Part shown: in pieces, positions 38,922 to 47,832 of the stretch
Position numbering within the stretch: the stretch's first letter is position 1
Layout: every line of letters begins with the position of its first letter
NCBI GenBank assembly: GCA_964353135.1
Contig: CAYGTV010000002.1
Span: forward strand, 1,125-65,124
DNA: 64,000 nt
Origin: an uncultured Candidatus Saccharibacteria bacterium
Lineage (GTDB): Bacteria; Patescibacteriota; Minisyncoccia; Phycocordibacterales; UBA918
Direction of reading: 5' to 3'
The notes under the pieces: model-generated
What the model was told of the DNA's origin: nothing
The model's database searches: none
What the model saw: only the letters and a program-made list of their open reading frames with translations
Translations under genes and position numbers: made by a program

Positions 38922-40343
38922 TTAATCTTTAATCTCTAGATCAAGTGCCCCAGAGATCACTGATTGTGAAAGTCCTGAACGAGTAGCTAATGCCGTAATA
39001 AGCGTGGTCTTTCCTGTGTATGGCATTTCAAACTCATCTCGTGTACCACTGTATTCGAGTCGAACCTCAGCGATACCCTCTTCTACTCGTACTTCAATCT
39101 TCACTCGACCATCAGAATCATCAGGGGAATCTCCGCTATCGTCACCACTAGAATCCGAGTCGTCGTCAGAACCATTATTAGAATTAGAAGATGAATTATC
39201 ACTATAGTCATCAGAATCTTTGGCTCGGCTCGCTCGATCTTCAATCTCAAAATCTAGAACACGCTCGACGGTCGCGCGGTCGACATTAAAGCGAGCAACG
39301 ATTTCAGCGATTACTTCCTCTCCAGTGTCGGCAGTAGTTTCAAAGGTAGTTTTTCGGTCATTGATTTCCACCTTTATAATCGTGGTGTCGGTGAAGACAT
39401 CAGCTTCGGCTTCAAAGAAACTACTACTTGAAGAACGACTGTCATCGCTTGAATCATCGTCTTCACGTACTCGCACCTCTACTTCACCGTCCTTCTCTTC
39501 AATTCGAATTCGAGTTTCACCATCTCTAATTTCAATCCGAGAATCGCCATCATCATCATTTCGCACTTCTACTTGTGCCGAGCTGCTATCAAACGAGCGC
39601 AGTAATTCTTCAACAAATCTAGATTGATCATCATCGCTCAGTGAGCCAGTCAATTCTTCAAACAGCGTTACCGATGTACGCACGCGGTCGTCATCACTAG
39701 ACACGCTAGTAGACAAATCCTTTACCCGGCTCGCTCGATCTTCAATCTCAAAATCAAGGACTCGGTCGACTGTTGCGCGGTCAACATTGAAGCGAGCAAC
39801 GATTTCAGCGATTACCTCCTCTCGAGTGTCGGCAGTAGTTTCAAAGGTGGTCTTTCGGTCATTGATTTCCACCTTTATAATCGTGGTGTCAGAGAAGACA
39901 TCAGCTTCGGCTTCAAATTGGGTAATAATTACTTCATTTGAATTATCATCATTACTTGAATTGTCCTCCTCAAGTAGCGAACGGAGTTCGGCTAATCGTT
40001 CTTCTGCAAAAACAATCTTCAGACGTGCTTCCGCTTCGTCGCTTGTCGCGAGTGCAAGACGAACATCTTCAATCGCTTGGTCAATTGGGAAAAGTAAGTC
40101 TCCTGGGCGAGCTGACTCTGATGCGGCAGCTGTTCCGCCAACTCCTAGCATAAGTACGATAGCTGCAATAATTGGTGCCATAGGTTTTTTAAAATTAAAG
40201 TTTAATAGATATGGTGACGGAATCGGACTTGCTGTCACAGTTTCAGTTTTAATTCGCTCCCATAACTCGTTTTTTTGTGCCGTAGTGAGTGAAGCGGCTT
40301 TTTGGTCGAGGTGAGTCTCTAAGTTATTTTTTTTCATAGACAT
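38922..40343 (-). CDS. anti-sigma factor-like membrane protein with an internally duplicated extracytoplasmic domain
   Basis: Cytoplasmic N-terminus, one TM, then two ~66-aa near-identical repeats (FEAEADVF.DTTIIKVEINDRKTTFETTADT.EEVIAEIVARFNVDRATV.RVLDFEIEDRASR). Acidic Ser/Asp-rich tails. Directly downstream of the ECF sigma. Confidence 0.45.
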   Translation of the reverse strand: MSMKKNNLETHLDQKAASLTTAQKNELWERIKTETVTASPIPSPYLLNFNFKKPMAPIIAAIVLMLGVGGTAAASESARPGDLLFPIDQAIEDVRLALATSDEAEARLKIVFAEERLAELRSLLEEDNSSNDDNSNEVIITQFEAEADVFSDTTIIKVEINDRKTTFETTADTREEVIAEIVARFNVDRATVDRVLDFEIEDRASRVKDLSTSVSSDDDRVRTSVTLFEELTGSLSDDDQSRFVEELLRSFDSSSAQVEVRNDDDGDSRIEIRDGETRIRIEEKDGEVEVRVREDDDSSDDSRSSSSSFFEAEADVFTDTTIIKVEINDRKTTFETTADTGEEVIAEIVARFNVDRATVERVLDFEIEDRASRAKDSDDYSDNSSSNSNNGSDDDSDSSGDDSGDSPDDSDGRVKIEVRVEEGIAEVRLEYSGTRDEFEMPYTGKTTLITALATRSGLSQSVISGALDLEIKD

Positions 40344-40351
40344 ATTACTAC

Positions 40352-40891
40352 TTATGAAGGAAGTTCAATTAAAGCTGATAATGTTTTGAGCGCACGATGG
40401 TGTCGCACACGGACAGCTGATTCGGTCATTTGAATAAGTGAAGCAATTTCTTTGAAGGAGTACCGTGACCAGTGATGTAAGATAACAATTTCGCGAGTCT
40501 CGGATTCCAATTGTGCCAGAGCTCGCCTAATCTCATCCTGCGTCTCACTATTTTCAGAGACAGCGGAAATGGTGTTTTCATCGAGCAACACTGTTTGCTC
40601 ATCAAGACTTGTTTCCAAACGAGCGTACCACTTAGCTAATTTTCGTTTGGTGATCACAAAAACAAACGAATAAAACTGTGGGGCCGACTCATAGGTGAAA
40701 CTTGGTAGCGCTTTGTACAAATCGACAAACACCTCTTGAGTGAGGTCAAGAGCGTCATCTTCTCGTGAAGTTCTGTACTTTACATAGTTGTACACCTTAT
40801 CAACTAAGTGTTCATACAAAGCACGAAAAGCATCTGCCTCATTGGCGACGGCCCGTAGTACAAGGTCTTTTATTTCCTGTTCTTGCTCCAT
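40352..40891 (-). CDS. ECF-type RNA polymerase sigma factor
   Basis: Sigma-70 region 2 (DLTQEVFVDLYKAL) and region 4 (SFKEIASLIQMTESAVRVRHHRALKTL). ATG at 40891; track start is TTG at 40906. Confidence 0.7.
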   Translation of the reverse strand: MEQEQEIKDLVLRAVANEADAFRALYEHLVDKVYNYVKYRTSREDDALDLTQEVFVDLYKALPSFTYESAPQFYSFVFVITKRKLAKWYARLETSLDEQTVLLDENTISAVSENSETQDEIRRALAQLESETREIVILHHWSRYSFKEIASLIQMTESAVRVRHHRALKTLSALIELPS

Positions 40892-40992
40892 ATTTACTTC
40901 ACTCAATCATACTATGGATAGATTTGCCCGAAACGTTACATTTTTCAATTCTTTATAAAAGTTGGAATGTAGACAATTTCATCCTGTAATTG

Positions 40993-41096
40993 CTCAAACA
41001 CAGTTCGAACATCCTCTACGACGTCGCCCTACTGTCCTCGATTCTCTAGGGACTATATAAATAAAGATATTTTGGTTCGACTGTACGAGGTTCTTC
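40993..41096 (+). repeat. junction module d (core cgacgtcgccc at 41019..41029) plus module c
   Basis: ctcaaacacagttcgaacatcctctacgacgtcgccc, then tactgtcctcgattctctagggactatataaataaagatattttggttcgactgtacgagg, near-identical to 35182..35248. Confidence 0.6.
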
Positions 41097-41120
41097 GTGT
41101 TCCTACTGTCTGTAGTGGAA

Positions 41121-41894
41121 TCAAGCTTTTGTAGCCTCTGGAACAGGCTTTTTATTTAACTGACTAAATGCCAATTTTGGAGCGAGACGCTGCGACAGCT
41201 TAAGTAGTTTTGAAACACCAGGAGTAATTTCCACCTTGCCACGTATAAAGTCATTCCAGAATATATCAGCCAGTTTTTCAGTAGGCATTGGTTTGAGTAT
41301 ATCGTCGCTCAAATCAGCTTCTTTAGCTAATTTGGTATCAACGACAGGGGGCAATAGTTCAACCACCTTAATACCATGTAAAGCTAACTGGGGTCGGATA
41401 GCCATACTCCAGAAATGCATAGCTGCTTTAGTGCCAGAATACACCGGCGCTTGTGCATATGGCACATAGGCAAGCCCGGAAGAAGTATTTACCAGGACCG
41501 GATTTTGACTGACCTTGAGTTGCGGCAAGAAGTAATGCAGCATTCGCACAGGGGAGCTAAAGTTGATATCAATTTCAGTTAGTTGTGCAGTGAGGTCACT
41601 GCCTTCAGCTCCAGCGTCCATCAGCTTCATAATTCCAGCGTTGTTCATCAGAATATCTACCCCGCCAAATTGAGTTTGGATGTGTTCGGCCAGTGCCTTG
41701 ATGTCTGCTTCAGACGTCACATCACTACGCATAATATTAATTTCAGGTAGTTCACTTTTAACTTGCTGAAGTTTTTCTTGACTGAGTCCGGTCACGATAA
41801 CTGTGTTGTTGTGCTCAAGGAATTTCTTGGCGATAGCTAGCCCGATACCCGAGCTTCCACCAGTAATCAAAACGACGTTGTTAGATGTTTTCAT
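41121..41894 (-). CDS. SDR-family oxidoreductase
   Basis: TGGSSGIG Rossmann motif and YSGTK catalytic dyad. 257 aa. Confidence 0.8.
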   Translation of the reverse strand: MKTSNNVVLITGGSSGIGLAIAKKFLEHNNTVIVTGLSQEKLQQVKSELPEINIMRSDVTSEADIKALAEHIQTQFGGVDILMNNAGIMKLMDAGAEGSDLTAQLTEIDINFSSPVRMLHYFLPQLKVSQNPVLVNTSSGLAYVPYAQAPVYSGTKAAMHFWSMAIRPQLALHGIKVVELLPPVVDTKLAKEADLSDDILKPMPTEKLADIFWNDFIRGKVEITPGVSKLLKLSQRLAPKLAFSQLNKKPVPEATKA

Positions 41895-42027
41895 AGGTTA
41901 TGTAATTTATTAGTATTATCTATTTTTTATAAAGTGTGCAATCACGTCTTTTCTAAACAGCAACAGTAGTGCTAGCAGCTGGAACACATAGTGCTCGAGA
42001 GACAGTAGGTGCCCAGTGTTTTAGGTC

Positions 42028-42732
42028 CTATTTAGTAACGAATACTGAGGGTATGCTTGGTGTCTGCAAAACTCTAGTGATGAGATATACGTGGATAAAT
42101 ATTGCTAGAGGCACTTGGAAAATAGAAATTATCGTCAGTGGTGGCATCGCCATCGCAGTAGGTTCAGGCACAAGCTGTATCAGACCAAGGAACGATAGTC
42201 CGACTATGGTAAATGCTACAGCAAAGTCTAATAGACCGAAACCACACCAGCCGACAACAAACAATTTTTCTTTTATCGACTTGTGATACAGCAGCCACGC
42301 TATTACTACTGCGCTACTTGCAACCAGTAAGTCATATACTCCACTGACAAAACCAACTTCAAACGGTAAGGCTCCTTGGAAATAATAAAAGAGAAAAGCG
42401 AGGCCTACTATGCGATATGCTTGGGTACTGACAAGTACCCAAGTCGGCACAGCATCCAAAAAGTTTTTAAATGCTGAACTTTTTTGCCAAGCTATAAATA
42501 GACCAGCTAGAGGAATCATTAGCAAGATGCTGAAGAACATAAATCCTATCAGATCACCAGACTGCCATTCTCCTTTGACTTGTAGGTATGGGATTTGCGC
42601 CAAACCAACTGCGAGGACTAACCACGCTAGTACCAAATAACTTACAGCTCGTAACTTATTCCAACTATAGGCCGCAATCAGCCCTGTTACCACCAACCCT
42701 ATAGCTATAATCGCTAATGCTCCTACATTCAT
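42028..42732 (-). CDS. polytopic membrane protein
   Basis: ~7 TM. AT-rich. Confidence 0.45.
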   Translation of the reverse strand: MNVGALAIIAIGLVVTGLIAAYSWNKLRAVSYLVLAWLVLAVGLAQIPYLQVKGEWQSGDLIGFMFFSILLMIPLAGLFIAWQKSSAFKNFLDAVPTWVLVSTQAYRIVGLAFLFYYFQGALPFEVGFVSGVYDLLVASSAVVIAWLLYHKSIKEKLFVVGWCGFGLLDFAVAFTIVGLSFLGLIQLVPEPTAMAMPPLTIISIFQVPLAIFIHVYLITRVLQTPSIPSVFVTK

Positions 42733-42735
42733 ATG

Positions 42736-43230
42736 TTACATATTATTTTTAAGTCTGCGACTCAGCAACAAGTAGAAAATATAGAAGTGACTAATAAAGG
42801 CCGCCACTCCATACGTCACAAACATAAGCCAAATAAAGCCTAAGTTCTGGTTGTATAGTTCTAATGCAAAGAATTGCGGGAACGCATTAATCAAATCAGT
42901 GAACCCAACGATATTAAATACCCAAACCAAAACGATGGCTGACTGCCACTTCCCCTTCAAAGCGATAGCTGCAATAATCGCTAAAATACTTGTAGCCAGA
43001 TCCCACAAACCAACAGTAGTTAAAAACTCAATCGGGAAACCTCCGTAAAACTGTTCTGTTGCCATAAAAGACAACCCAACATACCGAAAGGCATTAAAGA
43101 AGACAAACGGCAGTAACGCATCGTAAAGAGATAGTTTTATTACTCGAGGATGAATCCACCATTTTAGCGCTAAGAAAATAGAAATCGCTCCAACTATTGC
43201 TTGAATATTAATGATTAAAAAATTACTCAT
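42736..43230 (-). CDS. membrane protein
   Basis: 4-5 TM. Confidence 0.45.
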   Translation of the reverse strand: MSNFLIINIQAIVGAISIFLALKWWIHPRVIKLSLYDALLPFVFFNAFRYVGLSFMATEQFYGGFPIEFLTTVGLWDLATSILAIIAAIALKGKWQSAIVLVWVFNIVGFTDLINAFPQFFALELYNQNLGFIWLMFVTYGVAAFISHFYIFYLLLSRRLKNNM

Positions 43231-43232
43231 AA

Positions 43233-43718
43233 CTATTCATAATTAACGTTATTTTTGTGTTGTCCGACCCGACTAGCATCGTAAGCTTTGAGAGCAAACA
43301 CCGCTGAGCAAAGAGTAATCACAACCCGTACCCAGTGCATAAAGAGCCACATACTGAGATTACTCGCTACGTCTGCCACTGCAATACTTTGATCCATAAA
43401 CTTTAGATTTAATGGCAAATGATAGCCAGCTGTTTGAACATTTACAATCAATAACGCAATTACTACATATGACCAGTATCTTCTTGTTTGTGTACCTTTT
43501 GGACTGGTGAAAAAAAGATAGATAGATCCTAGAAATGCTGGTAGCAGTGTGACCATAGTTGGTGCTAGTAAAAGTGGAAAATCAATTGCGAAGCTTTCCA
43601 TAAACGCAACTGGCTCTAGGCTCTGCCAGTGCAGACCGTAGCTGAGCCCAATATTAATCATGTTTCCAGCAAAAGCGCCGATAGCGATGATAACTACGTA
43701 AGGAATATATTTTTTCAT
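43233..43718 (-). CDS. membrane protein (DUF1772-like, 4 TM)
   Basis: 4 TM. ~160 aa. Confidence 0.4.
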   Translation of the reverse strand: MKKYIPYVVIIAIGAFAGNMINIGLSYGLHWQSLEPVAFMESFAIDFPLLLAPTMVTLLPAFLGSIYLFFTSPKGTQTRRYWSYVVIALLIVNVQTAGYHLPLNLKFMDQSIAVADVASNLSMWLFMHWVRVVITLCSAVFALKAYDASRVGQHKNNVNYE

Positions 43719-43805
43719 TATGTAATATTACTTGCAAATCAATAGTAATACAAGACATTACCTGTATAAAAGAATACTTGCACGTTATACTGATGCTACG
43801 TAAAT

Positions 43806-44228
43806 ATGAAGAAATTCCGTTCCAACTGCCCTATCGCTTCAACGCTTGATCTTATTGGAGATAAGTGGACACTATTGCTTGTGCGAGATATGCTCATGGG
43901 TCATAAAAAAACCTTTAAAGAATTTTCTAATTCTGCAGAGCGTATAGCCCCAAATATTTTGACCGTTCGGCTCAAGCAACTAGAGCAATTTGGTATTGTC
44001 ACCAAGCAAAAACTACCGACCAACAAGAAGGAGAACATATATCTACTAACCAAAGCCGGCATAGCCCTCGCACCCGCTATAATCGATCTTGCTTTTTGGG
44101 GTAGTGAGTACGCAAAAAAATATAATGATACGATTCCTACTCCAAAGCAACTTGGTTTTACCAGTAACAAAACACAACTAGTGAAAAAGATACGATCTGA
44201 TTACTTGTTGATGGTTAATTCTTTATAA
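43806..44228 (+). CDS. HxlR-family winged-helix transcriptional regulator
   Basis: CPIASTLDLIGDKWTLLLVRDM...FKEF, the HxlR signature. Divergent from the membrane-protein operon. Confidence 0.7.
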   Translation: MKKFRSNCPIASTLDLIGDKWTLLLVRDMLMGHKKTFKEFSNSAERIAPNILTVRLKQLEQFGIVTKQKLPTNKKENIYLLTKAGIALAPAIIDLAFWGSEYAKKYNDTIPTPKQLGFTSNKTQLVKKIRSDYLLMVNSL

Positions 44229-44304
44229 TCATACGTACTTAGAAACGTTCATCAGATGGTTTGAGATAAACATGAGCCGACAGTCAATTTGGCAAACATC
44301 CCCC

Positions 44305-44368
44305 TTGCTTCACACAACTACCTACTGAACTAGTGGGACTACTTTCTTTCCCCTGACCTGAAACAGCT
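44305..44368 (+). repeat. degenerate partial R repeat marking the distal end of the array
   Basis: cctactgaactagtgggactactttctttcccctgacctgaaacagc, matching the first ~60 nt of R. Confidence 0.4.
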
Positions 44369-44372
44369 TTAG

Positions 44373-46271
44373 GTGTTATATACTAAACTGGTGACCCTTC
44401 GTAAGAAATTACTCTTAGCACTGCTATTTATAACGTCTCTAGTTATTGTATTTTTAGTATTGATTTCAACTGACCTGTTTGACCCCAAACCAATCATGCC
44501 TATATCGCCAACCGCGGACTATCTAGATCCAACACTGCCGATTGAAACTCGGGTGGCTGATCTGTTGTCCTATATGACCCTCGAAGAAAAACTGGGGCAA
44601 ATGGCGTTGGTAGAAAAAAATAGTCTGGATGAATTGAGCGATATACAGGACTATTACCTCGGTGCGCTTTTGAGTGGCTCTGGTGCTAAACCGGAAGAAA
44701 ATACTATGTCAGGCTGGAAACAAATGACTGATACTTATCAAGCCGAGGCAGCGAAATCGAGACTTGGTATTCCCCTACTGTATGGTTCGGATGCCATTCA
44801 TGGACATGCCCATGTTCCTGGGACGACCGTGTTTCCTCATGCAATCGGGCTCGGAGCAGCTAATAATCCACAATTGGTACAAGAAATAGCGGCTGAAACT
44901 GCAGAGCAAATGTCAGCCACCGGCGTGAACTGGAATTTTGCGCCCAACCTAGACGCACCACAAGACATTCGCTGGGGTCGAGTGTACGAGACTTATTCTG
45001 ATGACCCTGCCTTGGTTTCAAAGCTGGGTGCTGCCTTTGTAACTGGGCTACAATCCTCTGAGCAACACCGGGTCCTCGCCACTCCAAAACACTTTGTCGG
45101 ACTCGGTGGAATGGGTTGGAACACCTCACTAAATGAAAACTTTACAATCGACCAAGGAGTTACAGTTGCTGATGAAACCCTGCTGAACGAAGTGTATCTA
45201 CCCCCTTTTGCTGCCGCAGTTGACGCTGGTGCTTTGAGTATTATGGTCGGACTCAACACCTGGGATGATACCAAAACTGTGCGAGACAAGCAGCTGTTGA
45301 CTAACGTTTTAAAAAACCAACTAGGATTCACAGGCTTTATTGTCTCTGACTGGTACGGTGTACATGAAGGAGTGTGGAATGATTTTATTGCCACCGTCAC
45401 AGCGGTAAACGCTGGTGTTGATATGGTTATGCTGCCGTTTGATTACCAGGAATTTGTTCGGCATATGAAATGGGCTAACCGTCTTGGTTTGGTGTCTGAT
45501 AAACGAATTGAGGATGCGGTGAGTAGAATCTTGTACGCTAAATTTGCACTTGGATTATTTGATACACCGGAAACTAATGACACCGCTACAGAACTTGAAA
45601 ATGAATCTCATCAAACGTTGGCCCGCACAGCGGTAGCTGAATCACTCGTTTTATTAAAAAATGAATCTGCGTTGCTACCAATCAGTCCAACAACCAATAA
45701 GATTCGGGTAGCGGGAAGCGCAGCTGATAATGTTGGTAAACAAATGGGTGCCTGGAGTATTGAGTGGCAGGGTGTTGACGGTAACTGGCCACCGAACTCA
45801 ACCTCTATTCTGGAGGGTATCAAAGAAGTAGCTCCGCTACGTACGGAAATTGAATATGCTGAAACCGGAGTCTTTGACCCAAATACGCCAAAAGCAGACA
45901 TCGGTATTGCTGTAGTTGGTGAACCACCATACGCTGAAGGCTGGGGCGACAATCCCTACCCCACCCTGAGTGAAAACGATCTAAACACCATTACAAACCT
46001 TCGATCTACTAGTAAAGCGGTGGTGGTAATCCTTGTCACTGGCCGACCTCTAATCATTACTAACGAGATCGAGGACTGGGATGCGCTGGTGGCTGCGTGG
46101 TTACCTGGCAGTGACGGAGCTGGCGTAGCTGATGTTCTATTTGGGAGAAAACCTTTTACTGGAACACTGCCGCTACCGTGGCCTTCCTATATTGATCAAC
46201 TCCCTATCACCACAGATGGTAAGACGAATGACGGTAGTGATGTGCTCTTCCCGCGGTATTTTGGTCTCTAG
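44373..46271 (+). CDS. glycoside hydrolase family 3 (beta-glucosidase or beta-hexosaminidase-like), membrane anchored
   Basis: GH3 N-terminal-domain motifs (KHFVGLGG, GFTGFIVSDW). N-terminal TM. Non-ATG start (GTG at 44373 or 44391), start uncertain. Confidence 0.75.
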   Translation: MLYTKLVTLRKKLLLALLFITSLVIVFLVLISTDLFDPKPIMPISPTADYLDPTLPIETRVADLLSYMTLEEKLGQMALVEKNSLDELSDIQDYYLGALLSGSGAKPEENTMSGWKQMTDTYQAEAAKSRLGIPLLYGSDAIHGHAHVPGTTVFPHAIGLGAANNPQLVQEIAAETAEQMSATGVNWNFAPNLDAPQDIRWGRVYETYSDDPALVSKLGAAFVTGLQSSEQHRVLATPKHFVGLGGMGWNTSLNENFTIDQGVTVADETLLNEVYLPPFAAAVDAGALSIMVGLNTWDDTKTVRDKQLLTNVLKNQLGFTGFIVSDWYGVHEGVWNDFIATVTAVNAGVDMVMLPFDYQEFVRHMKWANRLGLVSDKRIEDAVSRILYAKFALGLFDTPETNDTATELENESHQTLARTAVAESLVLLKNESALLPISPTTNKIRVAGSAADNVGKQMGAWSIEWQGVDGNWPPNSTSILEGIKEVAPLRTEIEYAETGVFDPNTPKADIGIAVVGEPPYAEGWGDNPYPTLSENDLNTITNLRSTSKAVVVILVTGRPLIITNEIEDWDALVAAWLPGSDGAGVADVLFGRKPFTGTLPLPWPSYIDQLPITTDGKTNDGSDVLFPRYFGL

Positions 46272-46284
46272 ACCAAACCCAGCA

Positions 46285-46325
46285 TAAAATAAGACACTTC
46301 CTTGTTGGGAAGTGTCTTATTTTAT
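46285..46325. terminator. bidirectional terminator
   Basis: 14-bp stem aataagacacttcc/gggaagtgtcttatt. Confidence 0.6.
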
Positions 46326-46334
46326 ATAAGCGAT

Positions 46335-47174
46335 CTACTCTGCGTACCAATCGAGGACCTGTACCTCGATGTTTTTGTTTCCAGCTTCAACCAATTCTTT
46401 GAACCGGTCAACGTCACTAAACCCGTCACGTCCACGGAAGTGATACGGGTACACTGCCCGAGGAGTAAACGCTAGTACTGCCTCGGCCGCATCATCTACA
46501 TCCATGGTAAATGGTAGGTTCATTGAAATAAATGCCACATCAATGTTTTCAAGTGCTCGCATTTCTGGTGTGCCTTCGGTGTCACCAGAGAAGTACACCC
46601 GTGATGAACCATCATCGATCACTACCCCAATGTCACCACGTGATTGTGGATGGAAATCCTGTGCCTCGGGTCGGACGTTGTAGGCAGCAACCCCCTCTAG
46701 TGTGAACACACCAATGTTTGTAGTTTCACCTGGTGCCAATGCCTGCACAGTTGCGACAATCCCTGCTGGCAATTGGTCAATGACGTCTTGCGGAGCAACT
46801 AAAATAGTTGATTCGCTCAACATAGCTGGGAGGTTTTCCGGATCAAAGTGATCACCATGACGATGGGTAACAAACACAATGTCTGGCATACCGTACGTTG
46901 TATATAAGTCAGCTTCACCTACCGGGTCAGCAAAAATGAGCGTGTCTCCCCACTCCACCACCGCTGATGCATGAGAGATCGGTGTAATAGCAACACCAGG
47001 AGCGATAGCAACAGTTCCTGAGTTGTCACCTACAGCACTCTGCTCATCTGTATTTTTATCCTGCATGTATGATCCTTTTGAATCCTTACCATCGTATGAC
47101 CCTTGGGTAGCTACCATGAATCCTGCGCCAACCAATAATCCTCCCACCGCTGCTCCAATTACGTATTGCTTCAT
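46335..47174 (-). CDS. MBL-fold metallo-hydrolase, secreted
   Basis: VTHRHGDHFD (HxHxDH). N-terminal signal sequence. Confidence 0.65.
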   Translation of the reverse strand: MKQYVIGAAVGGLLVGAGFMVATQGSYDGKDSKGSYMQDKNTDEQSAVGDNSGTVAIAPGVAITPISHASAVVEWGDTLIFADPVGEADLYTTYGMPDIVFVTHRHGDHFDPENLPAMLSESTILVAPQDVIDQLPAGIVATVQALAPGETTNIGVFTLEGVAAYNVRPEAQDFHPQSRGDIGVVIDDGSSRVYFSGDTEGTPEMRALENIDVAFISMNLPFTMDVDDAAEAVLAFTPRAVYPYHFRGRDGFSDVDRFKELVEAGNKNIEVQVLDWYAE

Positions 47175-47195
47175 ATACTTTGTTTCGGTTATCTC

Positions 47196-47804
47196 TTATA
47201 ATGTTCTTAGTAATTCCCCCATCAGACTAATCTCGGCAGTCTGGGTTTCCATAATCGCGTCAGCCATATCAGTTACCTCTTGATGTTCAATATATGGTCG
47301 TACACTTTGCGCCATCATGATTGCTCCCATATGGTGTGGAATCATGTCCTGTAGAAATCGCTCGTCCAGGTCAGCGCCTGAGAGTTGCGACAAGTCGCGC
47401 ATCATTGGTTCGTATGAGTCATCTGCTACGTACTCTTCCCCGTACCAATCGAGGTGCCATTGTTTCAGCATCGCGATTTCGCGTTCCTGAGCTTCAACAA
47501 TCCCAGAAGCTAACGTACGAATGGCTTCGGTCGAGCCACCACGAGCCAGTACTTCCTTGGCCGTATCTACCGCTTCTTGGTGATGAGGGATCATCCCAGT
47601 TACAAATTCACGCTCACTTGAAACCATCATCATAGAGTGGTCCATGCCACCCATATTCCCCATTGGCATATCGTCATGATCATCATGATCCATCATCTCG
47701 TGATCCATATGATCCATACCATACTCAGAGTCGATTAGTGAGTAGCCGATAATTCCCCCAATCAATAGGGCAATAACTGCAATCAATACTGTGTTTTGTT
47801 TCAT
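47196..47804 (-). CDS. DUF305-family protein with a His/Met/Asp-rich N-terminal region
   Basis: Twin MIPHH..A motifs. MDHMDHEMMDHDDHDDMPMGNMGGMDH metal-binding-like tract. Signal/TM. Confidence 0.7.
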   Translation of the reverse strand: MKQNTVLIAVIALLIGGIIGYSLIDSEYGMDHMDHEMMDHDDHDDMPMGNMGGMDHSMMMVSSEREFVTGMIPHHQEAVDTAKEVLARGGSTEAIRTLASGIVEAQEREIAMLKQWHLDWYGEEYVADDSYEPMMRDLSQLSGADLDERFLQDMIPHHMGAIMMAQSVRPYIEHQEVTDMADAIMETQTAEISLMGELLRTL

Positions 47805-47832
47805 ATATACGTAATACTACTATAAGTTTATT

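Larger units (their letters stand above)
29821..44368. mobile_element. tandem array of at least eight integrase-less cassettes inserted at the tRNA-His 3' end
   Basis: Cassettes are bounded by direct repeats of the tRNA-His 3' terminus (ggtagtcgccc or variant cgacgtcgccc) at 31829, 33631, 34513, 35171, 37375, 38803 and 41019. They are joined by conserved 117-nt R repeats and b/c/d junction modules. Mixed gene orientation, AT-rich cargo. Confidence 0.5.

Noticed and set aside
29747-44368. Classical integron (intI/attI/attC) interpretation of the cassette array
   Set aside because: No intI or attI is present. R units lack the RYYYAAC/GTTRRRY attC cores. Cassettes contain their own promoters and terminators and are in mixed orientation. 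Boundaries instead duplicate a tRNA 3' end.
29747-44368. CRISPR array
   Set aside because: Repeats are 35-117 nt, imperfect and irregularly spaced by kilobases of coding sequence. No short uniform repeat-spacer periodicity anywhere in the window.
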